Positions 1 through 10,160 of a stretch of 20,427 nucleotides of DNA are shown piece after piece (the stretch's first letter is position 1; every line of letters starts with the position of its first letter). The notes under the pieces were generated by a model. It saw only the letters and a list, made by a program, of their open reading frames with translations, searched no databases and was not told where the DNA came from. This DNA is from Octopus sinensis (lineage: Eukaryota): contig NW_021823863.1 in the NCBI RefSeq assembly GCF_006345805.1, positions 1 to 20,427 of the forward strand, given 5' to 3'. The translations under genes were made by a program, and so were the position numbers.

Positions 1-428
1 TACATACAACCGATTGACACGTACACACTCATACGCGCACACATATATGTAAGTATCTATATATATAAATACATACACACACACACATATATATATATAT
101 ACACACACACATACCCTTCCACAGTGACATATAAATACGTCTAATCCGCCGAGACACCTATAAATACCATGAAACTGCCTTGCTAATCGCTTTGCTTACA
201 AAGAAAATATTCTCTCTGTAATAACTACAGCGTGTTTCTTTATTTAATTACTTTAACATCTCATTTCCGGAAGTTAAGTTTTAATTTTTTGTAATTTTAA
301 TATAGGCTTCGAAAGTTCGTGCACTCTAGCGACTCTGTTCGCATAACAAATTGAATTTCTGTTCTCGAAATATATATATCGCTTGTCTTTTTTTTTCCGT
401 TCATCACAAACGTGTGCACAAAGACGAT

Positions 429-537
429 TATATATATATGTGTGTGTGTGTATATATGTGTATATATATATATAATATGTGTGTGTGTGGTGTGTGTATA
501 TATATATATGTGTATATATGTGTTATGTATATATGCG

Positions 538-580
<43 letters not shown>

Positions 581-728
581 TGTGTGTGTATATATTATAT
601 ATATATGTGTGTATATATCTGTGTATATATATATATATATGTTGTGTTATATGTGTTTGTATATAATGCTGCCATCTTAATATATATATATATATATATA
701 ATATATAAATATATATAGGCTACATCCT

Positions 729-760
<32 letters not shown>
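429..760. repeat. (TA)n/(TG)n compound microsatellite
   Basis: Directly visible dinucleotide runs. The overlapping Y/I/C/V-rich ORFs are artefacts of this repeat. Confidence 0.95.
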
Positions 761-762
<2 letters not shown>

Positions 763-1099
763 CAAATATGGCAGTATTAGCGCCAAGCAGTGATTAGAAA
801 TAAAAAAAAAAGTCTAGTTAAGATATTTGTGACATATTTGTAATTCTAAAAGTTAAGTTTACTGCAGTTACCGGGGAGAAAAAAAATTTCTTATCTTGTG
901 GTAAAAGGTGAGAAAACATCGCATCTGCCCAGTGCTTCCATCTAACGGATTCCAAGGTGCGTGTTTCCGACTCTTTGTTTCTCCTCCGTGGAGAAATACC
1001 AGCCCTGGGCAAATTCAAAGCCTTTGCTTTAAGGCAAGACAAATACCTCAGATTTCAGATATCAAAACCTGAGACAAATAGCAAAGGTTATGCCTCTGG

Positions 1100-1690
1100 A
1101 CATTACTAGACTGTGTGAAACTAAAATTTCACTAAAACGTGGTTTTTATCCTTATGTAGTTGGGCATTGTTGTAAAACCAACCATTTACAAGGTTTTCTG
1201 CTTTTTTCTCAAAATGTCATTTCTGACTATGAGTAGCAATCTTTAGGTCACGATATCTCCGAGAATAATTGATGTAATAAACTGAAATTTTGAATGTGTA
1301 TTACTTTAATATTTGCCTAGATGCTGTTATAGTGTGATTAGATACACTTTATTTGTCCATCTTCCAGAGACACTTGAATGATACTACCTACAGGTCAAAA
1401 ACGCTTGATCTGCTGCATATGGCTATGAGCGATCCCACAACGAAATCTAGGCCAACTTCATCAATGTCTTTGATTCAGCATCAAGGCTGTATCCCAATCT
1501 ATCGGTATTCCACGTTAGAGCATATTATCTTTGATCGTATGGTATAAAAATTGACCTAAAATAAGGGTGCGTTTCCCTTATCGGTCATTTTGAATTTATA
1601 ATTAAGTCATGAATACAGAATGTGGACATTTGAATTTTGTTTTTTGATGGAACTAACATTGTTCTTGATGTATGCCATATCTGGCTTGCC
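1100..1690. mobile_element. possible internal fragment of an unclassified non-autonomous DNA transposon
   Basis: Non-microsatellite stretch with MITE-like phrases (GATATCTCCGAGAATAATTGATGTAATAAACTGAAATTTT) and a small hairpin ATAAGGG-N7-CCCTTAT at 1561-1581. No TIR pair or TSD found, so this is a weak call. Confidence 0.25.
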
Positions 1691-1707
1691 TGAGTTTTAT
1701 TACCGCT

Positions 1708-1884
1708 GAGTGAGAGAAAGTTGTGGCGAAAGAGTCAGCAGAAGTTCGCCATTACCTTCTGCCGGAGCCGCGTGGAGCTTTGGTGTTTCGCTCATAAACA
1801 CACACATCGCCCAGTCTGAGATTCGAACCCGTGATCCCTCGACCGCGAGTCCGCTGCTCTAACCACTAGGCCATGCGCCTCCAC
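1708..1884 (-). mobile_element. tRNA-derived SINE family A, 3'-truncated
   Basis: Minus strand has A box TGGCCTAGTGG and B box GGTTCGAATC. About 94% identical by hand alignment (about 8 substitutions and 2 indels) to the first ~180 nt of 5316-5587. Confidence 0.9.
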
Positions 1885-2249
1885 ACATATGTAAATAGTT
1901 TCGTCTATTATTGCTTTCAAACATTTACTAATACCATAAGCTTACGAATAGTTCTCCTATTTACAAAGAAAATGATCCTTATAATAACGTCCCCAAAATT
2001 TACGATTCACCAACTGGGTTCATTTTTCAACCATACATAACATTACGTTGTCATAATATTACATGGTTCAACCCACCGTTTTCTTTTTTTTACTAAATAC
2101 GTCAGAATAATTTTTCGCTGACTGTATCAGTGTCATCAACCTACAGACACCGGAAGTCATTGAATCGTAGCACATTCTAGGTCAATAACCGCTGAACACC
2201 CAAAAGCAAAAACATATGAAAATAGTTGCTTATATTAAGGAAGCTGGAG

Positions 2250-2620
2250 AAATTCCAACTACGTTTCGTGGTTCGCTACCTCAACAGCTTCTTTATAGGA
2301 TCCAGTGGCTAAAGACATCACCAGGAGGAACCGCGTCCGGTTTCAGCCCCTAATCCTCTACCGTTTTCGATGTGGCGGGGTCCCTTCTTTCGGAGGCGTC
2401 TTCAGCTCTGGTGTTTGGTGGGGTTCATCTTTCTCCTTTTTTTGTTCTTTGGTTTCTTCGATGCAGCGTCAACGAATGTCAGCAGGCGAATGACCATCCT
2501 TCCAAATTCTCCTTTAAATACTCAATAGTAGGCTCCGGCAGCCAGCACCTACTGTCACGTGACACTATGCTCCAACTGACCAATGGCGTGTTGACCTTCG
2601 TGAAGCAATGCGCCGAGTGA
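2250..2620 (-). mobile_element. possible LTR or Penelope pseudo-LTR-like fragment
   Basis: GC-richer island. The minus strand carries CCATTGG, the palindrome GTCACGTGAC, a TATTTAAA box, and two degenerate CTGANGA...GAAA-like motifs. No coding homology recognised. Confidence 0.3.
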
Positions 2621-2643
2621 CTTTGCTGTATTTACTTCACAAG

Positions 2644-2761
2644 TTTTACTCTTTTACTCTTTTACTTGTTTCAGTCATTTGACTGTGGCCATGCTGTTGC
2701 ACCGCCTTTAATCGAGCAAATCGACCCCAGGACTTATTATTTGTAAGCCTAATACTTATTC
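2644..2761 (-). mobile_element. SINE family B, 3' fragment with (GAGTAAAA)n tail
   Basis: Reverse complement of about 5040-5152 (TAAGT..CCTGGGGTCGATTTG..TCGA..GGCGGTGC..CAGCATGGCC.CAGTCAAATGACTGAAAC). Confidence 0.9.
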
Positions 2762-2778
2762 CTCATCACCGAAAATAC

Positions 2779-3002
2779 GATATTGTGCATCGAGAATTCA
2801 TCCCCCAGGGTCAGACCGTCAAACGAGAGTCCTAGTTCGATGTTGTGAAGCGTTTGAGGACATTCGGTGAAAGCAACCGGATCTGTGGAGCTTGGAGGAT
2901 TGGGTTCTTCACGAGGACAATGTACTTTGACTCCAAGATCTCCTCACCGAAAACAACATGGTATCGCTCCTGCATCTGCCCTATTCACCAGATTCAGCAT
3001 CT
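2779..3002 (+). mobile_element. decayed mariner (Tc1/mariner) transposase, catalytic domain, part 1
   Basis: With stops and frameshifts it translates as DIVHREFIPQGQTVKRES*FDVVKRLR / DIR*KQPDLWSLEDWVLHEDNV / QDLLTENNMVSLLHLPYSPDSAS. This matches the mariner motifs GIVHxEFxPxGQTVN, WxLHHDNA and YSPDLAP. Confidence 0.88.
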
Positions 3003-3540
3003 TATTTCTTTACTGTCCACAAGGACAGACAAATGGATTCAGTCGATTATATCGACCCCAGTGCGTAACTGGTACTTAATTTATCGATCCCGAAAGGATG
3101 AAAGGCAAAGTCGACCTCGGCGGAATTTGAACTCAGAACGTAATGGCAGACGAAGTACCTATTTCATGACTATCTACAAGGGGCTAAACACAGAGAGGAC
3201 AAACAAGGACAGACAAAGGGATTAAGTCGATTACATCGACCCCAGTGCGTAACTTGTAGTTAATATATCGAACCCGAAAGGATAAAAGTCGACCTCGGCA
3301 GAATTTGTACTCAGAACGTAACGGGAAACGAAATACCTATTTCTTTACTACCCACAATGGGCTAAACACAGAGGGAACAAACAAGGACAGACAAACGGAT
3401 TAAGTGCGTAACTGGTACTTAATTTATCGACCCCGAAAGGATGAAAGGCAAAGTCGACCTCGACGGAATTTGAACTCAGAACGTAGCCGCAGACGAAATA
3501 CCGCTAAGCATTTCGTCCGGCATGCTAACGATTCTGCCAC
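3003..3540 (-). mobile_element. head-to-tail trimer of tRNA-derived SINE family C
   Basis: Three units at 3003-3159, 3160-3337 and 3338-3540, homologous to the full copy at 19159-19390. Only the 3338-3540 unit keeps the A-box head (TGGCAGAATCG); B box is GAGTTCAAAT. Confidence 0.92.
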
Positions 3541-3816
3541 CAGATTTCTCCACTGTAGTCTTCCATGTCTTCTCCAAGATGAAAATTCAACCCAAAGGTC
3601 ACCGTTTCAACATCGTTATCAAGATCCTGAGCGAATCGCAGAAGGTCTTCGACTCGCTTACGGAAAACGGCGTCCGGACCATATTCCAAAAGTGGCAGGT
3701 ATCGCCACGCAAGGTAACTATTTCGAAGGAGATAATGTTAAAACCCAGGTAAACAATATATTTATTTTTTTATTAAACATAACTCGTCCGGGAACCTGCT
3801 CTAATCACAGACCTGT
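3541..3816 (+). mobile_element. decayed mariner, part 2 (transposase C-terminus and probable degenerate 3' TIR)
   Basis: Translates as PDFSTVVFHVFSKMKIQPKGHRFNIVIKILSESQKVFDSLTENGVRTIFQKWQ / IATQGNYFEGDN, matching the mariner PDLAPxDFxLFPKLKxxLKGxRF ... CIxxxGxYFEGD C-terminus. It continues part 1 across the SINE insertion. Confidence 0.85.
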
Positions 3817-4043
3817 TTTAATTCAATCAATAACGATCAAGATCTAAAGAACGACATACACCGACATTCTGCCATGCACTACCATAACACCACACCGCAC
3901 CACGCCACGCCATACCACATTCTGTACTGTTATTAACCGCAGGATGTGACTAATCCCCCAATTACCGTATTTAAGTTGGAACTTGCCGGTTTCGAATCCA
4001 CCTCCCGTACCCATTTCTCTTCCAGTGACATACTGACAGATAT

Positions 4044-4450
4044 CACACACACATACACGTCCATAAACACACACACACATATATATATATATGCACATAT
4101 ATATATATATATATATATAATATATATATATATTATATATATATATATATACATAATATATATGTGTGTGTGTGTTTGGTGTATTGCATATATATATAAC
4201 ACGTGGTTTTGTGCATATGCATATATATATATATGGTTATATATATATAACACGTGTGTTTGTGTAAATGCATATATATATAACACGTCTGTATGTGTAT
4301 ATGCACACACACACACATATATATATAATGAAATATTTTACACATCTACACACAAATATACACCGTACGCAAACAGAGCTGCATATATATATACACAGTT
4401 ATAAACACACACATACACATACATGAGTACAGTCACATACACATAGACAC
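4044..4450. repeat. (CA)n/(TA)n microsatellite with a cryptic TATATATAACACGTG unit (3 copies)
   Basis: Directly visible. Confidence 0.9.
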
Positions 4451-4504
4451 GTTAATTGAAACCCGCGGATAAAGTACACATCACACGCTGAAGATGCAGC
4501 CTCT

Positions 4505-4655
4505 AAGCAGTGGTTAATAAGGTCACTTTGCGGCCACAAGGATTCAGGTTCGATCCCACTGCACGGCACCTTGGCTTCTTACTTCTATGGTCCCCCAGAC
4601 CGACGAATATGTTTGAGTGATTTGGTAGACAGACTGTGTGGCAACTTGTGTGTGT
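4505..4655 (+). mobile_element. old diverged SINE-B-related 5' fragment
   Basis: GGTTCGATCCCACTGCACGGCACCTTGG...GACCGAC...GATTTGGTAGAC aligns to 4810-4900. Confidence 0.7.
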
Positions 4656-4689
4656 GCATGTGTATACATACATACAGACATACATACAG

Positions 4690-4759
<70 letters not shown>

Positions 4760-4760
<1 letters not shown>

Positions 4761-5152
4761 GCGTAGGAGTGGCTGTGTGGTAAGTAACTTGTTTACCAGC
4801 CACATGGTTCCGGGTTCAGTCCCACTGCGTGGCACCTTGGGCAAGTGTCTTCTGCTGTAGCCTCTGGCCGACCAAAGCCTTGTGAGTGGATTTGGTAGAC
4901 GGAAACGGAAAGAAGCCCGTCGTATGTATATATATATATATGTTTGTGTGTCTGTGTTTGTCCTCCTAGCATTGCTTGACAACCGATGCTGGTGTATTTA
5001 TGTCCCCGTTACTTAGCGGTTCGGCAAAAGAGACCGATAGAATAAGTACTGGTCTTACAAAAGAATAAGTCCCGGGGTCGATTTGATCGACTAAAGGCGG
5101 TGCTCCAGCATGGCCGCAGTCAAATGACTGAAACTAATAAAAGAGTAAAAGA
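4760..5152 (+). mobile_element. full-length tRNA-derived SINE family B
   Basis: A box TGGCTGTGTGG, B-box-like GGTTCAGTCCC, a CORE-like segment ACCTTGGGCAAGT, an internal (TA)n, a LINE-like 3' tail and a TAAAAGA repeat end. Several further copies occur in this window. Confidence 0.93.
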
Positions 5153-5315
5153 TATACATATATATATAGGAAATAGTGGCACAACAAAGGACTGATGTTT
5201 GCTAGAAATAGCAGCCGGTAACTGTATAATGCTAGATAAAGCTTTACTGAATTATAGAGGCAAAGATGTGTGCGGTAGGCGAAAATAAAAAAAATGTTCA
5301 TTTTACCCGTAGAAA

Positions 5316-5587
5316 GTGGAGGCACATGGCCTAGTGGTTAGAGCAGCGGACTCGTGGTCGAGGGATCACGGGTTCGAATCTCAGACCGGGCGTTACGTGT
5401 GTTTATGAGCGAAAACACCTAAGCTCCACGCGGCTCCGGCAGAAGGTAATGGTGAAACTTCTGCTGACTCTTTCGCCACAACTTTCTCTCACTCTTTCCT
5501 CCTGCATCTTGTAACTCACCTGCGACGGACCGGCGTCCCGTCCAGGTGGGGAATCTATACGCCAAGGAAACCGGTAAACCGGTTTCC
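5316..5587 (+). mobile_element. near full-length tRNA-derived SINE family A
   Basis: tRNA-like head with A and B boxes. The body contains CCTGCGACGGACCGGCGTCCCGTCCAGG, which from memory resembles a conserved central domain of metazoan SINE superfamilies (unverified). Second copy at 1708-1884. Confidence 0.9.
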
Positions 5588-5610
5588 ATAAATATATATA
5601 TATATATATA

Positions 5611-5851
5611 AACTTAGATATGTTTCGACCAATGATTGGTCCAGGCCATGTCTAACTTAATAGCACCACCTGATAGGATTATTTGAATCCTGTTTAAGTC
5701 AAGTTTTGTTTATGGTCCATTCGTGTAGTGAGTTCTTGTTGGGTGAGTTGTATCCAATTATGGGTGGCTTATCTGGTATTCCTTGAAGGAATCTATCCAG
5801 ACTCCGTTTAAAGTTGATGGGATCCTGTTCCTCTTTGATCTCTTTCGGGAT
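5611..5851 (-). mobile_element. 5'-truncated CR1/L2-group LINE (ORF2 C-terminus and 3' UTR) inside (TA)n
   Basis: 5848..5699 translates as PKEIKEEQDPINFKRSLDRFLQGIPDKPPIIGYNSPNKNSLHEWTINKT* (FKxxLDxFLxxIPDxP...NSL), homologous to the C-terminus of the 11708 ORF. It has a structured 3' tail and (TA)n on both sides. Not in the supplied ORF track. Confidence 0.85.
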
Positions 5852-6019
5852 ATATATATATATATATATATATAATATGAATAAAAAATGGAGTTAACGC
5901 AGGTGTAATCAGATTTTTGCTGCCCTGGTAACTATATATATATTTTTTTCCGTGTTAATTGTTAACAAGGTAAAAATACACTCATCTATTTATAATATAT
6001 ATATATCTATATATATATA

Positions 6020-6059
<40 letters not shown>

Positions 6060-6068
6060 CATACATAC
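5851..6068. repeat. (TA)n-rich low-complexity region
   Basis: Directly visible. Confidence 0.8.
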
Positions 6069-6229
6069 ACGACAAGCTTCTTTCAGTTTCCATCTGCAAA
6101 ATCTACTCACAAGGCTTTGGTCGGCTCGAGGCTATAGTAGAAGACACTTACTTACCCAAGGTGCCACGTAGTGGGACTGAACCCGGAACCATGTGGTTGG
6201 TAAGCAAGCTACCTACCACACCTGTGCCT
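6069..6229 (-). mobile_element. SINE family B, 5' half
   Basis: Reverse complement of 4760-4922. Confidence 0.92.
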
Positions 6230-6969
6230 ATGAATGGTCGCAGCGTATATTGGGCATAATAATTTTAATTATTTTAAGTGTTCCAAACATTTGGCCAAAA
6301 CTGTACACACACACACACCACACACACACACAACACACACATACAGAGGCATTTATATGCGTCTATCTGTGCGTATGTGTACATATGTATTCGCACGCTT
6401 GTCAAGAATGTGGAGCGATCCTCACCGCGCATAAGCGGCGTGCAGAAACTCGACCGTGCGTTATGCTCATCAGAGAGATTTACTCCATCTCGGGCGACAC
6501 GCTGTCTACCTTTAGTTCCTTGTTAAGTACCCATATTATTAAAAGATAGTGTAGCCTTGTTCAGCTTTTTTCTTCTTTCTCGTATTTTCGCATTTTCTGA
6601 AAGCGATTGCTGTCACAAAATGTCACATCTGTTCATATATTTAAAAAAAACAAAAAAAAAATTATATTATTTTCTTTCAATTTAAAAAAAAATATATTTT
6701 TCGTAATTATTTTGTTTTGTTTTTCTAAAATTTTGACTGATTCAGTCTTAAGAAATTGCAGAGTTAGGTTTGTGTGTGTGTGTGTGTGTGCATTTAATTT
6801 AAAAGAAAGAAAAGGTGAAAAAAGAAAAACTGAATTTTTAATTTTGGCACAATAATATGGAACCATAAAATCGATGCCAAATTTTAAAAAAAAATATTTT
6901 TTGCGTTATTATTATTTTTTGTCGCTCCATGTGGCAGCTACGTGTTCCATATTCTATCGTCCACGTCCT

Positions 6970-6978
6970 TAATAATGA

Positions 6979-7028
<50 letters not shown>

Positions 7029-7045
7029 TAGTTATTATTATTATT
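6970..7045. repeat. (TAA)n-(TTA)n inverted trinucleotide microsatellite
   Basis: A TAA run switches to a TTA run at about 7003. Confidence 0.92.
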
Positions 7046-7201
7046 TCTATTCTAGGCACAAGGCCTTGAAAATTTTTTGATGAAGGGGGCTAGCCGATTA
7101 CATCGACCCCAATTCGTAACTGGTACTTATTTAATTGATTCTGAAAGGATGAAAGTCAAACTCGGCGGAATTTGAATTCAGGACGTAGTGGCAGACGAAA
7201 T
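7044..7201 (-). mobile_element. SINE family C, variant 3' tail, lacking the head
   Basis: CGATTACATCGACCCC...CTGGTACTTA...AAAGGATGAAAG...CTCGGCGGAATTTGAA. The tail differs (GGCCTTGTGCC on minus) and ends in (TAA)n. Confidence 0.88.
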
Positions 7202-7349
7202 CATAGTAATGATTGATAATAATAAAATACCATTCATACCTTGATGGAATACCAGGTCACTGGCTCTCATGGCGTCTGATCTTAACTGATTGGAAGTGTT
7301 ATCATGTACATTGTTTTGTCCTGGTGTAAAAGATGGGCTACAGCAAATA

Positions 7350-7552
7350 TATTTCTTTATTGCCCCCAAGGGGCTAAACATAGAGGGGACAAACAAGGAC
7401 AGACAATGGGATTAAGTAGATTGCATCGACCCCAGTGCGAAACTGGTACTTTTATTTATCGACCCCGAAAGGATGAAAGGCAAAGTCGACCTCGGCGGAA
7501 TTTGAACTCACAACGTAACGACAGACGAAATACCGCTAAGCATTTCGCCTGG
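7350..7552 (-). mobile_element. SINE family C lacking the first ~30 nt
   Basis: Aligns to 19159-19390 and to the 3003-3540 units. Confidence 0.92.
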
Positions 7553-7657
7553 AGGCTATAGTAAAAGTCTCTTGCCCAAGGTGCTACGCAGTGGGACTGA
7601 ACCTAGAACCATATAGCGGGGAACCAAGCTTCTTATCACACAGCCACGCCAGCGCCT
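7552..7657 (-). mobile_element. SINE family B, 5' ~105 nt, fused to the SINE-C body
   Basis: Reverse complement of 4760-4864. It abuts SINE-C with no spacer. Confidence 0.9.
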
Positions 7658-8059
7658 ATACCAAGATCTTTTAATCTATGACGAACGATTCCGTGAACTG
7701 TCTTGTGAAGGGCTTTAGCAGAATAAAGGTATATGCTGATGGTGCCCACTCACTTTAAAAGATTGTTACCAATACTCAAATAGTGCTTGTGTCAGAATAC
7801 CTCGCCCTGTCCGAAAACCATGCTGTGTATCACGTTAGAAGTTTTGTTTTCCTCAAGATTATCGAATATACTTTTCCATGTCTGTGTATTCTTTAATCTT
7901 AGATGTGTCTAAAGCGAAATGATATAGGGCTGTAGCTTGTAGCCTCATCTCTGCTACTTCATTTGTGAAGAAGTGTGGCTATTATTTCTTTTTGTCGTTC
8001 TGGGAATATTCCACTCTCCAGAGCTTTGGAATGGCAGCGTTAATACTACGGGAAGGCTA

Positions 8060-8567
8060 CGTATATATCTATGTATGTCTGTGTGTATATATATTCATGT
8101 ATGTACATATGTATACACACATATACATAGATTAAATGCACGTATGATATATTCATATACACATACATATGTGCATACGTAGAGACAGACACATGTATGT
8201 GTGTACACACGTATATACCCATACGTGCATGCATATATAGGTATATGTGCACATGATGACTCTATACGCATGTGTGCATGTATATGAATTGTATATTACA
8301 CACACATACATATATATACATATATATACATATATATACATATCTATATATCCATATATATATTATGTATATATATGTATATATGTATATATATATATGT
8401 ATATATATGTATATATGTGTATATATATGTGTATATATGTGTATATATATATGTATATATATATATGTATATATATATATGTATGTATATATATATATTT
8501 TGACCTAAATGTATAGATATGTATACATATGTAATATATACCTATATACTCATACACATATATGTAA

Positions 8568-8617
<50 letters not shown>

Positions 8618-8845
8618 TATCCGTGAATATATATACTTTGGTTACATATACATACATGCCTAACTACGCGTGCACATACACAACTACATTCACGTATATG
8701 CACGTGTCTAGGGACGTATATATATATATCCGTATAATATAGAGAGCCAACTTTGAATATGTTAACTCTAGTGCTAGAAATAGCTCCACCGGTAGTCGCC
8801 ACGATAATTCCACATAGAAATAGCACTACAACCCCTCATTATTGA

Positions 8846-8879
<34 letters not shown>

Positions 8880-9069
8880 GCACCCATGCATACCCCCCAC
8901 CCCCCACACACACACACATAATATATATATATAACACAACCTATATATATATATATATGCGTGTGTATATACACATACATACATACACACCACAACACAC
9001 ATAATATATACATATATATATATATACATAACATATATATATATACATATATACATATATTATATATAC

Positions 9070-9110
<41 letters not shown>

Positions 9111-9190
9111 TATATATATATGTATATATATATATATACACATATATATATATATATACACGTATATATATACATATATATATATGAAAC
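8060..9190. repeat. large compound (TA)n/(TG)n/(CA)n microsatellite field
   Basis: Directly visible, interrupted by a ~120-nt unique spacer at 8730-8850. Confidence 0.93.
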
Positions 9191-9349
9191 ATTATCATCT
9201 CATATACATTTCACATTGCAAATTGCTATTTTCTTCGCTTCTCTTTCATCATAAATTTTTTTATGTGATGTTTTGGCGGTTTTAGTTTCGCTTTCATTCG
9301 CATTTCATTCTTATCTCAGCTTTCTTCAAAAGCTCACTTTATCGGCCTA

Positions 9350-9495
9350 TAACACACACACACACACTCACACACTCACACACACGCACAGACACACACA
9401 TATATATAAACTCATACACATACGCATGCGCCGTGTGTTTCTATCCCATTCTCTTTCTGCGAAATACGCTTACACACACACATACCTATGTACAT

Positions 9496-9544
<49 letters not shown>

Positions 9545-9730
9545 TACACACACGCACATATATATCAAGAAGAAAAATAAAAAAAAAGAGCAAATAGCAA
9601 GTACGAAAAATAAGATAAAAAAATACAATAAAGGAACAGAAAAAAATAAAAGAACGAAAGATATAAAAGAAAATGATAGAAAAAGAAATAAAGAAATAAT
9701 AAAAAAGAAAAAAATTAAAAAAAAAACAAA
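9350..9730. repeat. (CA)n tracts followed by an A-rich polypurine tract
   Basis: (CA)n at 9352-9400 and 9500-9560, A-rich tract at 9565-9730. This explains the TH-repeat and poly-K ORF. Confidence 0.9.
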
Positions 9731-10111
9731 ACCCGTTATAACCCTTTATCCGATATCTCATTTGAACCGTTGACCCATCAATTTGCCGTTATTACCAACC
9801 CTTGTTCCTTCAGCGTCAGCCACGCTTCTCCCCCGCCTTATGTATTTTTTTATCGCTGTTTTAACAGATCTGCTGTCTTAGTTCCTGACCCGATCCGAGG
9901 TTAGCAAATTTGGTGTAATTTTTCTATATAACCTGGCAGAAGCGATAATTATTGACGCTTCGTAAAATGGGTTTTCATCAGTTTGCGGAGGGGAGGCAAT
10001 CAGACAGATAGGGGTGGGACAAAAAAATGTTTAAATTTTTTTGCTTGTTTTGTTTTTTTGTTTTAAATTTATACTTTAACTACACCTACATGCGTATTGC
10101 TTGTGTGTATA

Positions 10112-10157
<46 letters not shown>

Positions 10158-10160
10158 ATA

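Noticed and set aside
912-1109. ~65-codon stop-free frame on the plus strand
   Set aside because: No recognisable domain and no convincing splice sites; a frame of this length is expected by chance.
3003-3540. Regularly spaced repeats resembling a CRISPR array
   Set aside because: The units are 157-203-nt SINE bodies without unique spacers, in a eukaryotic context with no cas genes.
5303-5313. TACCCGTAGA resembles the miR-10/miR-100 family 5' end
   Set aside because: The match ends after ~10 nt, there is no precursor hairpin, and it abuts a SINE.
5316-5395. tRNA-like sequence (also at 1810-1884)
   Set aside because: There is no proper acceptor stem and it continues into a shared repeat body, so it is a SINE head rather than a tRNA gene.
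6430-6475. CTGATGAG on the minus strand followed by a GCATAA/TTATGC stem, resembling a hammerhead start
   Set aside because: No GAAA follows the stem (it reads GCGG), so the core is incomplete.
8769-8790. GCTAGAAATAGC (also at 5201-5212) matches part of the Cas9 sgRNA scaffold
   Set aside because: Only a 12-nt match. The rest of the scaffold is absent, and similar words recur in local repeat fragments (12651, 14481).
9273-9773. 166-aa ORF with a hydrophobic start, TH repeat and K-rich tail
   Set aside because: It derives from (CA)n and an A-rich tract and starts at TTG.
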